A stretch of DNA of 64,000 bases from a virus (lineage: Duplodnaviria; Heunggongvirae; Uroviricota; Caudoviricetes), in IMG/VR virus record IMGVR_UViG_3300046500_000231, positions 10,070 to 74,069 of that record; one strand, written 5' to 3'. The position numbers were made by a program, and so were the translations under genes. The notes beneath the pieces were generated by a model. That model made no database searches. It had not been told where the DNA came from and saw only the letters and a list, made by a program, of their open reading frames with translations. How positions within the stretch are numbered: position 1 is the first letter of the stretch; every line of letters begins with the position of its first letter. Below, in pieces: positions 26,103 to 35,185 of the stretch.

Positions 26103-26536
26103 TTGCCCGTGTGCTCGGTGGCGGGGTTCGGGTAGTTGACCGTGTTGGCGATCTGTTCGCGCAAGCGGTTCTCGAATGCGCCTATGGCGTCGTCGGCCGC
26201 GTAAAGATCAAACCGATCCTGAAGCCGGTCGGCGTCACGGCTGTTTAGGCTCGTCATAGCCTGGATATTTTGAACGCCAAACCGACGCCTCAGACTGCCG
26301 ACACTGCCTCGGTTCAACCCGGTGGAGCACACTTCCTCCAATTGCTCTGGCGAGAGGAGCGCGCCGATAGCGCACAGGCAAGAACTTCCGTCCGCTTTCA
26401 TGGACACGTAGCGCTGCGCCGCTTGAGCGGTCACTCGCTTGTCCGCGACAGCGACGAGGAGCTTCTTGTAGGCATCGTGGCGCGTCGCCGGCACGATGTG
26501 GCCGTTGATGTTGATGACGTTGTAGGGGCGTGGCAT
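26075..26536 (-). CDS. hypothetical protein
   Basis: Start MPRPYNVININGHIV. Confidence 0.45.
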   Translation of the reverse strand: MPRPYNVININGHIVPATRHDAYKKLLVAVADKRVTAQAAQRYVSMKADGSSCLCAIGALLSPEQLEEVCSTGLNRGSVGSLRRRFGVQNIQAMTSLNSRDADRLQDRFDLYAADDAIGAFENRLREQIANTVNYPNPATEHTGKWHFPVSGQ

Positions 26537-26563
26537 TTTTCTCACTCCGTTTGTGTGTTTCGA

Positions 26564-26582
26564 TGACTCAATTCTGACTGTT
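26564..26582. promoter_or_regulatory. weak motif variant (TGACTCAATTCTGACTGTT)
   Basis: ~30 bp upstream of the start at 26536. Confidence 0.4.
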
Positions 26583-26607
26583 CATCGCAGGGAACGTGTT
26601 GGGTATT

Positions 26608-27252
26608 TCAGTGGCGATTTGCGTATTCGCGGGCGGCGCGCATGTAGCGGCGCTCGGCGAGTGCATCGCGCGTGGCGACGTCGGCAAGCGGGTCCGACAG
26701 CACCAGCGTGCCGTTGCTTGGGCGCACCATCAGGTTCGCGGAGTGCAGATCCAGCCCCCACCCTTCCTCGACGTTGCTGGTGAATTTGTGCAGGTCCGCA
26801 AAGCCCTCCTGCAGCGACTCGGGCAGCACTTCGTCCATCGAGAGCTCCTCGATCGCAAGCACCAACCCCTCGCGCTTGCGATGAAAGCGCAGGTGCGTGT
26901 TGGCGTGGGTCGTGGCCTGTTTGCAGATGCGGCGCGCAAGAGCGCGGGCCTCACCGCCCTTCGGCAGCTTCTCCAGCTTCTCGCATTCGAAGAGGTAGAC
27001 GTGGTGACCGTCCACCTCGCCCACTTCGCCGTAGTTGTGCAAAACTCGGGTGAAGTGTTGGCTGTGGCACCCGATTACCTGGTCGGTGCCGAGCATGTAG
27101 GCGTATTGGTCGAGCGTGAGCTTCAGAACGGTGTCGCCATTGTCGAACACGGCGGAAAACGCACCGCGCGCCATGATCTTCTTGCCGCGAATCGCTTCGT
27201 GTTGCCGAGCCTGCTTGATCCCTGCGTCACTGACGCGCAAAGCCTTGAACAT
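26608..27252 (-). CDS. protein-kinase-like protein
   Basis: GLDLHSANLMV resembles the kinase catalytic loop (HGDLHxxN). Confidence 0.45.
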   Translation of the reverse strand: MFKALRVSDAGIKQARQHEAIRGKKIMARGAFSAVFDNGDTVLKLTLDQYAYMLGTDQVIGCHSQHFTRVLHNYGEVGEVDGHHVYLFECEKLEKLPKGGEARALARRICKQATTHANTHLRFHRKREGLVLAIEELSMDEVLPESLQEGFADLHKFTSNVEEGWGLDLHSANLMVRPSNGTLVLSDPLADVATRDALAERRYMRAAREYANRH

Positions 27253-27282
27253 AACCGCACCTCCAGAACTGTCTGTTTCGAT

Positions 27283-27300
27283 AGTCAATTGTGACAAACG
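27283..27300. promoter_or_regulatory. motif copy (TAGTCAATTGTGACAAAC)
   Basis: First of two tandem copies upstream of the kinase-like gene. Confidence 0.5.
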
Positions 27301-27314
27301 ATGTGAGGATAATA

Positions 27315-27332
27315 TAGTCAGTTGTGACTGTT
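27315..27332. promoter_or_regulatory. motif copy (TAGTCAGTTGTGACTGTT)
   Basis: Second tandem copy. Confidence 0.55.
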
Positions 27333-27428
27333 TAGCAAGGGGCGTTTTGTTGCGTTTTAACGACCGTTACAGCGTGCCATTGCATGTGTGTCGTGTGCTG
27401 AGAAGTGCGCGAGACAGTGGCACGAACT

Positions 27429-27450
27429 GATAGCTTGGTATCAAGCTATC
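27429..27450. promoter_or_regulatory. 22-bp palindrome GATAGCTTG-GTAT-CAAGCTATC (operator-like)
   Basis: Perfect 9-bp arms between the terminator and the motif copies. Confidence 0.45.
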
Positions 27451-27461
27451 TTGCTATCAAG

Positions 27462-27489
27462 ATACAAAAAGAGCAGCGAAATTCGCTGC
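27462..27489 (-). terminator. rho-independent terminator (minus strand)
   Basis: GCAGCGA/TCGCTGC stem plus TCTTTTTGT on the minus strand, after the stop at 27496. Confidence 0.65.
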
Positions 27490-27495
27490 CCTTTC

Positions 27496-27717
27496 TTAGT
27501 GGGTGGACGATTGCGGCAGACAGACGCCGTGAACTTTTGGCTTCGGATAACCATCGGGCACACTGGCGATGATCTGCCTTCGCGTCATGTCGGCCGCCGC
27601 GGCACAGGAACGGAAGTCCGCGAACTGCATGGAAGAGACCTGTGCGGCCGTGCCGGTGCCTGTGCCGCCCGTGCCGACGAGATAGACGATGGTGACGATG
27701 AGGATGAAGCCGTTCAA
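27496..27717 (-). CDS. small hypothetical protein
   Basis: Hydrophobic N-terminus, Gly/Thr repeat. Confidence 0.4.
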   Translation of the reverse strand: MNGFILIVTIVYLVGTGGTGTGTAAQVSSMQFADFRSCAAAADMTRRQIIASVPDGYPKPKVHGVCLPQSSTH

Positions 27718-28067
27718 GAGTTCTTCTCCTTCTCGTGGCTATCGATCAGCGTCAGCGCATTGTTCAGGCGGATCGCCAGGTGCTCGATGCTTGAGTCAGT
27801 CAGAACGGCCTTGAGCGCGTCGACCGTAGCCTCCCTCTCATTGGCCTTCTTCTCCAGCTTTGTGACGTAGTTGCCGTAGCCGTCGGTGACGTGGCCGCAC
27901 TTGTCGTTCGTGCAGATGAAATCGGCCGTCTCCCACAACACGCCCTTGAGCTCCACGTCCTTGCGTCGGTAGGCGGCTTTGGGGAGGTTGTGGTGAAGGT
28001 CGCCCGGCGCCGTGATGCAGGTCTGCACCATCATGCGCGTGTCGGAACCGCACTTGGGGCACTTCAT
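27714..28067 (-). CDS. zinc-ribbon protein
   Basis: CPKCG...C..DKCGH. Confidence 0.45.
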   Translation of the reverse strand: MKCPKCGSDTRMMVQTCITAPGDLHHNLPKAAYRRKDVELKGVLWETADFICTNDKCGHVTDGYGNYVTKLEKKANEREATVDALKAVLTDSSIEHLAIRLNNALTLIDSHEKEKNS

Positions 28068-28564
28068 GCGCCCTCCGTTGGCTTCTTGCTAAGCACAGCC
28101 AACACGTCCTTGAGCGCGTCGTTGTATCCGAGCTTGCGCGCCAATGTCGGATTGTTGGCCGGGTTGCCGAGAAAGTCGCCGGGGATCTTCTTGGACATGC
28201 CCTTGATTTCTGAGAACCCTGCCTCGATGCGCGAACGATGGAAGCTCTCCGCGTAATCGCGCATCTGATCCATCGTGTAGAGCGGCGTCACGCTTCCGCC
28301 TCGTCGCTTGATATCCTCAAGCTGGAATTCGCTCGGTGCAGTGCGCTGGAACTTATCCATCGCGGAACCTACGCCGGGATCAACCAACCACGCCACCGGC
28401 TTCCTCTCCGCCAATACGCGGGATTCGAGTGCGACTCTGGCTTGCCATGCGTCCCACGCGCGGCTCGTGAAGTCGCTGTCGTATGTATCGTCGAATGGTG
28501 TCAGGTCCAGCGTTCCCGGCTGCTGCTGCTTTGCCCATGCTTCGAACTTTTCACGTTCGGTCAT
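28064..28564 (-). CDS. hypothetical protein (shares repeat segments with next two genes)
   Basis: Start MTEREKFEAWAKQ. Contains ALESRVLAE. Confidence 0.45.
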   Translation of the reverse strand: MTEREKFEAWAKQQQPGTLDLTPFDDTYDSDFTSRAWDAWQARVALESRVLAERKPVAWLVDPGVGSAMDKFQRTAPSEFQLEDIKRRGGSVTPLYTMDQMRDYAESFHRSRIEAGFSEIKGMSKKIPGDFLGNPANNPTLARKLGYNDALKDVLAVLSKKPTEGA

Positions 28565-28803
28565 TTGCTCGCTCCCTCCACTATGTCTGCGTCGATAATG
28601 GACTGCTCGCCGGCCGAGATATAGCCAATGGCCAGAGCGTGTCGCCACCGCTCCGCATCAATCCTGTCTTGCTCTGCCGTAGCTAATACGCGGGATTCGA
28701 GGGCGCGGGCGAAGGCGAGCAAAGATTCGCCCGTAAAGCACCACTCTTTCGCGCTTCCGTGATCCTGCGCATAAGCGAGTTGTTTGATTTCGTCGTTAGT
28801 CAT
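28561..28803 (-). CDS. hypothetical protein (AEQDRIDAER repeat family)
   Basis: ALESRVLATAEQDRIDAERW. Confidence 0.45.
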   Translation of the reverse strand: MTNDEIKQLAYAQDHGSAKEWCFTGESLLAFARALESRVLATAEQDRIDAERWRHALAIGYISAGEQSIIDADIVEGASK

Positions 28804-29558
28804 TTGCTCGCTCCTTTGGCCGAATCGATGAAAGTCCGAATGTCGCTTAGATCACCATCACCGCCGCGCATCAAGACGTGCCTCGTATAGCTGTTCAGCA
28901 GATCCGCGCTCAAGTTACGACTGAGCCAAACGAGCCGCTCCGCATCAATCCTGTCTTGCTCAGCGGACTGGGCGGGAGGGGCGGCATCAGGGATCAGACG
29001 GTGCAGTTCCATTGCTACCCAGCCGATGGGCAGCCCCATTTCTTTAATCGCTGCTGATGCCTCGGAATATGAATCCCACAATCGAGATTCGGGCGGAACC
29101 GCATAGGCAAGCTCTTTTCGTGGAGTCCCGGTGTCAACGACAGCTTCGCGCGCAACGATCCACTTCGCCACCGCCTCTTGCTTGTCGCTCGGAGTGGCGG
29201 AAGTGGCGGCGTCTCGCAACTCTGCGACCATCCGCGTGAGGTCATAGACTAGACGATGCGGTTTGTCTTTCCACGTAAAGGCGTGGGGACCAACCCCGCC
29301 GACGCCTTCATGAAACGCTCTGAGGTCCGGGTATTTCGCGGCAGGGCTAGGGAAGTCGTTAGCGTGCTCCGGCTCGATCTTCCATCGTGCCTCTTGCTCA
29401 CCGCTCTCCAGCAGCGCGTTGGCGCGCTCCTTCGCCAGCTCGAACACCACTTTCAGCAGCTTGGCGTCGTAGTTGGTGTCGTGCTCGATGTGGTAGAGCA
29501 GGAGGTCCGGGTGACAGTTGACGATCTTTTCCAGACCTTCTTTCTGTTCTGGGGTCAT
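28800..29558 (-). CDS. hypothetical protein (AEQDRIDAER repeat family)
   Basis: SAEQDRIDAERLVW. 24-bp exact DNA repeat shared with 28643-28666. Confidence 0.45.
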   Translation of the reverse strand: MTPEQKEGLEKIVNCHPDLLLYHIEHDTNYDAKLLKVVFELAKERANALLESGEQEARWKIEPEHANDFPSPAAKYPDLRAFHEGVGGVGPHAFTWKDKPHRLVYDLTRMVAELRDAATSATPSDKQEAVAKWIVAREAVVDTGTPRKELAYAVPPESRLWDSYSEASAAIKEMGLPIGWVAMELHRLIPDAAPPAQSAEQDRIDAERLVWLSRNLSADLLNSYTRHVLMRGGDGDLSDIRTFIDSAKGASK

Positions 29559-29561
29559 GCC

Positions 29562-29990
29562 TTACTCCTTGAATACCGGTAGCGGCGCGTTCATGATGCG
29601 CACGGCAGTCGGGTCATAGATGGGTGTGCCCTTCAGGTCGTGGTCGATAGGGCCAAAGCCGAAGAACGCCTTTGCCTGCTCATCGGTCCAGCGCAGCCCG
29701 AGCTTCGTCATCTGCTCATCCACCGCTGTGTCAAACGCTTCGGGATAACCGGCTTCGGGCTTGTCGGTCAGGCAGTAGGTGACGTGCTTGTCATTCACCG
29801 GCACGCGCACCGTTAGCGCCTTGCCCCGACGAACGTGCCGGTAGCGCGAGGCATCGCGGGCGTCGGACAGGCGCGCCGCGTTGATCAACTCCTTTGCCGC
29901 CGCATAAACGTAGTCCTTGAGGTCGGTCTGCCCGTCCTTCACGGTGAAGCCATTCTTCAGGAAGATGGCGCGGATTTGATCTTTGGTCAT
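29562..29990 (-). CDS. hypothetical protein
   Basis: Start MTKDQIRAIFLKNG. Confidence 0.45.
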   Translation of the reverse strand: MTKDQIRAIFLKNGFTVKDGQTDLKDYVYAAAKELINAARLSDARDASRYRHVRRGKALTVRVPVNDKHVTYCLTDKPEAGYPEAFDTAVDEQMTKLGLRWTDEQAKAFFGFGPIDHDLKGTPIYDPTAVRIMNAPLPVFKE

Positions 29991-30101
29991 CCCTTTCTCC
30001 GTGCGGTTGTCACCCAGAGCGCGGCCATCGCCAACATGCCGGCGAAGCCACCCACTGCGAAAATGCCGAACACCCCGTTCAGCGTGCAAATCATGGTCAT
30101 G

Positions 30102-30428
30102 TCAGTCCTCGAATCGTTGCCAGCCGGTGATAGCGACTTGCTTGTAGCCTTCGTGGGCGATCACCAAGTCCCTGACGTATTCCAGATCGCGCGTGCCGCG
30201 GATCGCGTGTTTGAGATTCAGCTCCACCCAGCCATTACCGAACGAACCATCGTGACCCGAATGGCTGTAGGCGACGAAGTAGCGGTGCTTTTGGGGCGTC
30301 GGCTCGTCCTTGCCTCTGGCTGCCGCATCCAGCGCGTCCGCAATCATGTTGACCGTCGCCTTCGGCAGCAGGCAGTCAGCCGCCCAGCCCTTCTTCGTAA
30401 GCTCGCGCAGAGCGTTTGTGTCGATCAT
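30102..30428 (-). CDS. hypothetical protein
   Basis: Start MIDTNALRELTKKGW. Confidence 0.45.
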   Translation of the reverse strand: MIDTNALRELTKKGWAADCLLPKATVNMIADALDAAARGKDEPTPQKHRYFVAYSHSGHDGSFGNGWVELNLKHAIRGTRDLEYVRDLVIAHEGYKQVAITGWQRFED

Positions 30429-30994
30429 GCCGCCACCTTCAGCTTCTCGGTGAAGTCCGCCGGCAGCGTCCAGCAGCCGCGCTTCACGCCTTCGAAAAAC
30501 GCGGTCATCATGCGTTCCACGTCGTATTCCGCAGCATGCGCAGCGCTCGCATCGAATGGCACGTTCAGCGCGAAGCACAGTTCTTCCAGACGCGGTAGCT
30601 TTCCGTCCGGGCAAGCCCAGCGCGATTCGCTGCAGGTGTCAAAGCCATCGACGTCGGGCAGCGTCATACCGCACGCCTTGAACTCCTCGTAGAGAAAGCC
30701 CAGGTCGAAGCCGATGTTGTGCGCGATCACCAGATCGGCGTCGGCAAAGCGCTCGCGAATGTCGGCCGACAGGTCGGCGAACTTGGGCTTGCCGGTCAGA
30801 TCGCTGTAGGCGATGCCATGCACTTCCTGAGCCTTCGCGCTAATGGGACGTTCCGGGTCCATGCGCTCGACGTATTTGTCCACCAGCTTGCGCGTGTGAA
30901 AGTCGTAGGTGAGCAAGGCGACTTCGATGATCTTGTCGCCCTTCTCCGCCTCGAGCCCGGTGGTTTCGGTGTCGAACCCGACGAGCTTGATCAC
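30425..30994 (-). CDS. DnaQ-like 3'-5' exonuclease (DEDDh)
   Basis: FDTETTG, HNIGFDLGFL, AHAAEYD motifs. GTG start overlapping the upstream stop. Confidence 0.75.
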   Translation of the reverse strand: MIKLVGFDTETTGLEAEKGDKIIEVALLTYDFHTRKLVDKYVERMDPERPISAKAQEVHGIAYSDLTGKPKFADLSADIRERFADADLVIAHNIGFDLGFLYEEFKACGMTLPDVDGFDTCSESRWACPDGKLPRLEELCFALNVPFDASAAHAAEYDVERMMTAFFEGVKRGCWTLPADFTEKLKVAA

Positions 30995-31374
30995 GCCGTC
31001 ACCTCGCCCTTCATGGCGGCTTCGAGACGCTCGACTTCGGGCTTGACCTTTCCGCCGTCGAATTCGATCTTCTTGCCGTAGTTGATGAGGTAGTGGGCTT
31101 CCGGCAACTCGCCGCGGTTCACGAGATCCTGCAGCCACAGCTCGGCCGTCATAAACGGGGTGATCGCCTTGAGCTCCTCGTCGAACGCCGCGCGCACGCT
31201 CGGCTCGAACGCCTTCTTCTCGACGCGGCCCATATCCACGAGCATTTCGGCACGCGGCAGTTGGCGTTGAATGTAGGCTTCGGTCCGGTAGGCCGCTTTG
31301 ACGAGCGCTGCCAGGTCATCGAACTGAAGCACCAGGGCGCGCATTTCTTTCGTTTCGATCAGCAACGTTGCCAT
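30991..31374 (-). CDS. hypothetical protein
   Basis: 127-aa ORF. Confidence 0.45.
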   Translation of the reverse strand: MATLLIETKEMRALVLQFDDLAALVKAAYRTEAYIQRQLPRAEMLVDMGRVEKKAFEPSVRAAFDEELKAITPFMTAELWLQDLVNRGELPEAHYLINYGKKIEFDGGKVKPEVERLEAAMKGEVTA

Positions 31375-31418
31375 ATCGATTTCTCCTCTGAACGGTTAAA
31401 CACTTAGTCTTGCGTCAC

Positions 31419-31436
31419 TAGTCAGTTTTGACTAAT
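31419..31436. promoter_or_regulatory. motif copy (TAGTCAGTTTTGACTAAT)
   Basis: 45 bp upstream of the start at 31374. Confidence 0.55.
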
Positions 31437-31474
31437 GACGCAATGTTAAATGTTCAAAGTTGGGACCGCAATAC

Positions 31475-32311
31475 TTACTTCGCTTGGATCAGCGTATTGC
31501 CGCCCTGGCCGATGATCATCGTGCAGTGCTCGTTGCTCGCACAGGCTTGCAGCGCTTGGTTGTATTCGTGCTGCAGGAACGCCGGTGTCAGGGTCTTCTG
31601 GAGCTCGGCATTGGCGTTCGCCTGGCCTTCCGCATTGATCCGTCGAATCTCGGCATCTTTGTGTGCGACTTGCGCCTGATTCTCCTTTTGCGCCAGTTGT
31701 TGCTGAGCCAATACGGTCTGCTGGATCGCCTGGTCGATGGTCGGATCGGTTTGGATCTTGCGCACGACCACCCGCGTCACGACAAATGTGCCCTTGACTG
31801 ACGGATCGGCATCGAGAAGCGCCTGTGTCTGTGCCTTGATCTTGCCCTCCAGTTCCGAGCGGTTCTGGTTCAGGGATAGGCTGTCGAACTCGGTCACGCT
31901 GTCATAGACGGCGCCTTTGGCGAGGTTGGCGACGAGGTTGTAGCCAGGGCGGGCGAAGTCCTCGCGCTCGAATTTGGCGGACTGGCCGGCGTGGGAGGAG
32001 ACGAACTTGGCGATCGTGCCCGGAATGCCGCGGTAATAGACCGTGACTTCCAGATCCTTCACCGTGAGCTTGTCTTTGGCGCGCGGGGTGAGGTCGTTCA
32101 GGTCGATCGACGTCTCCTTGACCGTGTATTCGTCCACGTGCGAGAAGACTGCCATGTAGATGCCCTGCCCCTCTTCCTGCTGGCTGACGTCACCCATCGT
32201 GGTGCGCACGCCGACCGAGCCGGTTTCGATGATGCCGCCGCAGCCGGATAGACCGATGCAGAGTGCCAGCGCCGCAAAGGCGCCGAAGATGAAGCGTTTG
32301 GTGCGTTGCAT
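31475..32311 (-). CDS. SPFH/band-7 domain lipoprotein
   Basis: Signal peptide + LSGC lipobox. Prohibitin-like core with a long Q/A coiled-coil. Confidence 0.65.
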   Translation of the reverse strand: MQRTKRFIFGAFAALALCIGLSGCGGIIETGSVGVRTTMGDVSQQEEGQGIYMAVFSHVDEYTVKETSIDLNDLTPRAKDKLTVKDLEVTVYYRGIPGTIAKFVSSHAGQSAKFEREDFARPGYNLVANLAKGAVYDSVTEFDSLSLNQNRSELEGKIKAQTQALLDADPSVKGTFVVTRVVVRKIQTDPTIDQAIQQTVLAQQQLAQKENQAQVAHKDAEIRRINAEGQANANAELQKTLTPAFLQHEYNQALQACASNEHCTMIIGQGGNTLIQAK

Positions 32312-32325
32312 GAGGGTATTGCTCC

Positions 32326-32523
32326 TTAGTGTCGTTCGACCGTTATGATCATCGCCAAAGTCGCTACGGTCAGCGCGACAGAGACGGTAATGAGGAAACT
32401 GCGGCGAAGGATGCGGCGCACTCGGGCGCGGTCTTTGAAGTAAGGCGTGGAGCTGGCAAGCCAGAGCACGCCATACAGACCGCAGGAGAGCAGCACCACC
32501 ATCAGGTAGGCGCGTGCGAGCAT
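32326..32523 (-). CDS. small 2-TM membrane protein (possible SPFH partner)
   Basis: 65 aa, two hydrophobic helices. Immediately upstream of the SPFH gene. Confidence 0.45.
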   Translation of the reverse strand: MLARAYLMVVLLSCGLYGVLWLASSTPYFKDRARVRRILRRSFLITVSVALTVATLAMIITVERH

Positions 32524-32524
32524 G

Positions 32525-33115
32525 TCAGGCGGACTCCTCCAAGCTCTTGCGCAGGGCGTTGACCCAGGCGGTGCGGTTGGCGTTGTTTTCCGTCTCTTGC
32601 CGCGCGCCCTCCTTCATCTGCTTGACCCATCGCTCCCGGTATCCGAGCTCCTCGACCTTGTATTGCTCGACGCTCACAGGCTCCGGGCGCGGGAAGTCGC
32701 GGCAGTCCCACTGGATCGACTCCTCGATCTGCTGGCGCATGAAGTTCTGGAGCTCGACGTGATCGGGCGACGGCGGCACCCAGGCATTCACCTGCTTGGC
32801 CATCGCCAGATACTTCTCGCGCAGCGCAGCATGGCGCGCGCAGGACTCTTCCCAAGACTTCAGGTTTGTCGCGTTGGCTTCCTGCACCTTCGCTTCCCAC
32901 TGCTCGGGCGTGAGTGCGAGGAGTTCCGCGAGCGCGTCTTCCGCCTCTTCGACCCGCGCGGGGTAGTAGCTATCGACCGGCAACTGGTCGGGGATGGGCG
33001 CATCCATCGGCAGGTCGCGCATGAAATACAGTGCGCCGAACTGGCGAGCGCACGTCAAAGCGAATTGCTTGAAGGAGATGCCGTCAGCAATGTCGGCGGT
33101 GAGTCCGGTCGGCAT
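32525..33115 (-). CDS. hypothetical protein
   Basis: 196-aa ORF. Confidence 0.45.
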   Translation of the reverse strand: MPTGLTADIADGISFKQFALTCARQFGALYFMRDLPMDAPIPDQLPVDSYYPARVEEAEDALAELLALTPEQWEAKVQEANATNLKSWEESCARHAALREKYLAMAKQVNAWVPPSPDHVELQNFMRQQIEESIQWDCRDFPRPEPVSVEQYKVEELGYRERWVKQMKEGARQETENNANRTAWVNALRKSLEESA

Positions 33116-33126
33116 GCGATCGCTCC

Positions 33127-33477
33127 TTAGGCGCCAAGAGCATTCAGGCTGCCGGCCAGGCCGGCGCCGACCCAGCTCATGTCGTTCTCGATCGTCGGCT
33201 CGCCCGCGACTTCGACAGGCGCCGGCTGTGTCGGCTCGTCGGTGGTCTTGGCGGCGCGCTGCGGGAGGATGGCACGGATCGCGTCGGCGTTAACGAGGAC
33301 AAAGCGTGCAACCTGAGCCGCCGACGTGCCTACGTGAAGGCTTGGCAGACCTACCGCAACCAGCTCCTCGAGTTGGTCGATGCGATCCAGCGTCTTTTGA
33401 TGCGCCTGCGCATCCTTCTTGTCGGTGAAGATTTGGCCGTCGGTGGTTTCATAGCTGGCGACGCGCTTGATTTTCAT
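33127..33477 (-). CDS. hypothetical protein
   Basis: Start MKIKRVASYETTDG. GAGGAG RBS. Confidence 0.45.
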   Translation of the reverse strand: MKIKRVASYETTDGQIFTDKKDAQAHQKTLDRIDQLEELVAVGLPSLHVGTSAAQVARFVLVNADAIRAILPQRAAKTTDEPTQPAPVEVAGEPTIENDMSWVGAGLAGSLNALGA

Positions 33478-33503
33478 GTGTGTTGCTCCTCGTTGTTGAA
33501 CGT

Positions 33504-33521
33504 TAGTCATTTTTGACTGTT
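33504..33521. promoter_or_regulatory. motif copy (TAGTCATTTTTGACTGTT)
   Basis: 27 bp upstream of the ATG at 33477. Confidence 0.55.
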
Positions 33522-33540
33522 TATATTGTTACGGAAAAAT

Positions 33541-33954
33541 TCAGGGTTTTTGCTGGGAATCGTCGCTCCCGCTCATGCTTGCCAGATACTTGCCGTGATC
33601 GAACGCCTTTTTCATGGCGCGCAACTGGGCGAGCGTGGGCTTGTCCTTCGAGTCGTGCCAGGAGATTGCCGACAGCCACGAACGGAGACGAGTCTCGTCG
33701 CGCGAATCCTTCACCTTCTGCGTGATTGGCTCGATGCTGCCGTTGACCGCGCCCACGAAGTAGCCCGTCTCCCGGTTGACGCGATGCTCGTTTCCGTTCG
33801 CATCTGTCAGGACGAACTGCGTGCGCGTCAGGCGATCGACCGTGAACAGCACATAACCGTGGTGACGCGTTCGGTGCGCGACTTCCTGGCCGGGCCGAAG
33901 CGACTTCAGCCACTCGGCGCGTTCTTCTCTCTCATCCATCACCAACTCCCCCAT
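33541..33954 (-). CDS. hypothetical protein
   Basis: 137-aa ORF. Confidence 0.45.
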   Translation of the reverse strand: MGELVMDEREERAEWLKSLRPGQEVAHRTRHHGYVLFTVDRLTRTQFVLTDANGNEHRVNRETGYFVGAVNGSIEPITQKVKDSRDETRLRSWLSAISWHDSKDKPTLAQLRAMKKAFDHGKYLASMSGSDDSQQKP

Positions 33955-34466
33955 TGTTCGTGTGCGACAGTTGCGCCGCTTCGCTTGGCGTATTCGTCGG
34001 CTGATAGCGACCGTGCCTGCGCCTTCAGGTTTTCACGCAACTCCCGATCCCCCGCCGATTCGTTCAGCACCATGTTCGCGGGCGTGAAGCTGCCAACAAA
34101 GCACGGGTAATAGTCGTCGGTGTTGGACGTGCCAAACTCGATCACAACCTTGCCCGTCACCATGTCGACCAGCTCCACGACGTCATGGTTTTCGTTGGCA
34201 CACTTACGGCCGATCACCTTCACCGGCGCGAACGTATTCTTGATGCCCTTGCCGTCGGAGATAAAAATATCGCGCAACGACGAGCGATAGCCGTCACTCG
34301 GGTCCTCCATTGCCGTGTAGCACTGACCGTTCAGGATGAAGGAAAATGCGGTCGCATCTTCCTCACCCCTCCAACTGACACTTGTCAGCTTTTGCTCCTC
34401 GCTGCCGACGCCGGTGAGAACAAACGACTTCCCGATGAAGAAGTCGAAATCCACTGTCGTTTTCAT
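33939..34466 (-). CDS. hypothetical protein
   Basis: 175-aa ORF. Confidence 0.45.
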   Translation of the reverse strand: MKTTVDFDFFIGKSFVLTGVGSEEQKLTSVSWRGEEDATAFSFILNGQCYTAMEDPSDGYRSSLRDIFISDGKGIKNTFAPVKVIGRKCANENHDVVELVDMVTGKVVIEFGTSNTDDYYPCFVGSFTPANMVLNESAGDRELRENLKAQARSLSADEYAKRSGATVAHEQWGSW

Positions 34467-35173
34467 TCGTCCTCGTCCTCGTCGCTGCCGTCACCGATGA
34501 ACTCAATGTATGCGGCAATCAACTTGCCCTCACCGTGGCGCAGCACGTAGCAGTTGTAGCCGCCGTCGCCATAGCCGCTCGAGGAGAGTGCGCCGAACTC
34601 CACGACACCGAAGCTGAGTTCGGTGTCCAGTGTTTGGGCGCAGGCTTTGCGGTAGAAGGTTTCGTCGATCCGATCGCCACTCGCGACCTTCACGTATTCC
34701 GCCAGATCGAAGAAGCCGGCCTGGCCTGAATCGACGCCCACGTCCAGACCCTCGACCAGCTTGAATTGCTTCGGATCGAGCGCCGCCGGATCGTCCTTGT
34801 AGGCTTCGTGGACGATATGAATGTAGGCGACGCGGCCCTTGTAGTTGGCGATGCCGCGCTCGTAATCCTTGATGTCTGAATCGTAGAGGCTGGCGCGCAT
34901 ATTGGCGAGCTCCTCGTCATGACCTGCGGCAATCGCCACGTCATAGGCGGCTTTTTTCTTCCCCTTCGCCTTATCGAGCCACTTCTGGCAATACTTGATA
35001 TCCGTCGGGTCGAGGAACATGCCGACATGAGCGTGCCACGTGCCATTAGCGACGTCTTTCAAATCGCCCGCGCACCACGTGCTCATCTTGTAGCAGGGAT
35101 CGGTCACGCGCAGTGCCCCGGAGGCGACAGCGAAGGTGGCGATCGGGGACTTGCTGTTGATGTGTTTGAACAT
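34463..35173 (-). CDS. hypothetical protein
   Basis: 236 aa, acidic DEDEDE tail. Confidence 0.45.
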   Translation of the reverse strand: MFKHINSKSPIATFAVASGALRVTDPCYKMSTWCAGDLKDVANGTWHAHVGMFLDPTDIKYCQKWLDKAKGKKKAAYDVAIAAGHDEELANMRASLYDSDIKDYERGIANYKGRVAYIHIVHEAYKDDPAALDPKQFKLVEGLDVGVDSGQAGFFDLAEYVKVASGDRIDETFYRKACAQTLDTELSFGVVEFGALSSSGYGDGGYNCYVLRHGEGKLIAAYIEFIGDGSDEDEDE

Positions 35174-35185
35174 TGTTCGTCTCCT

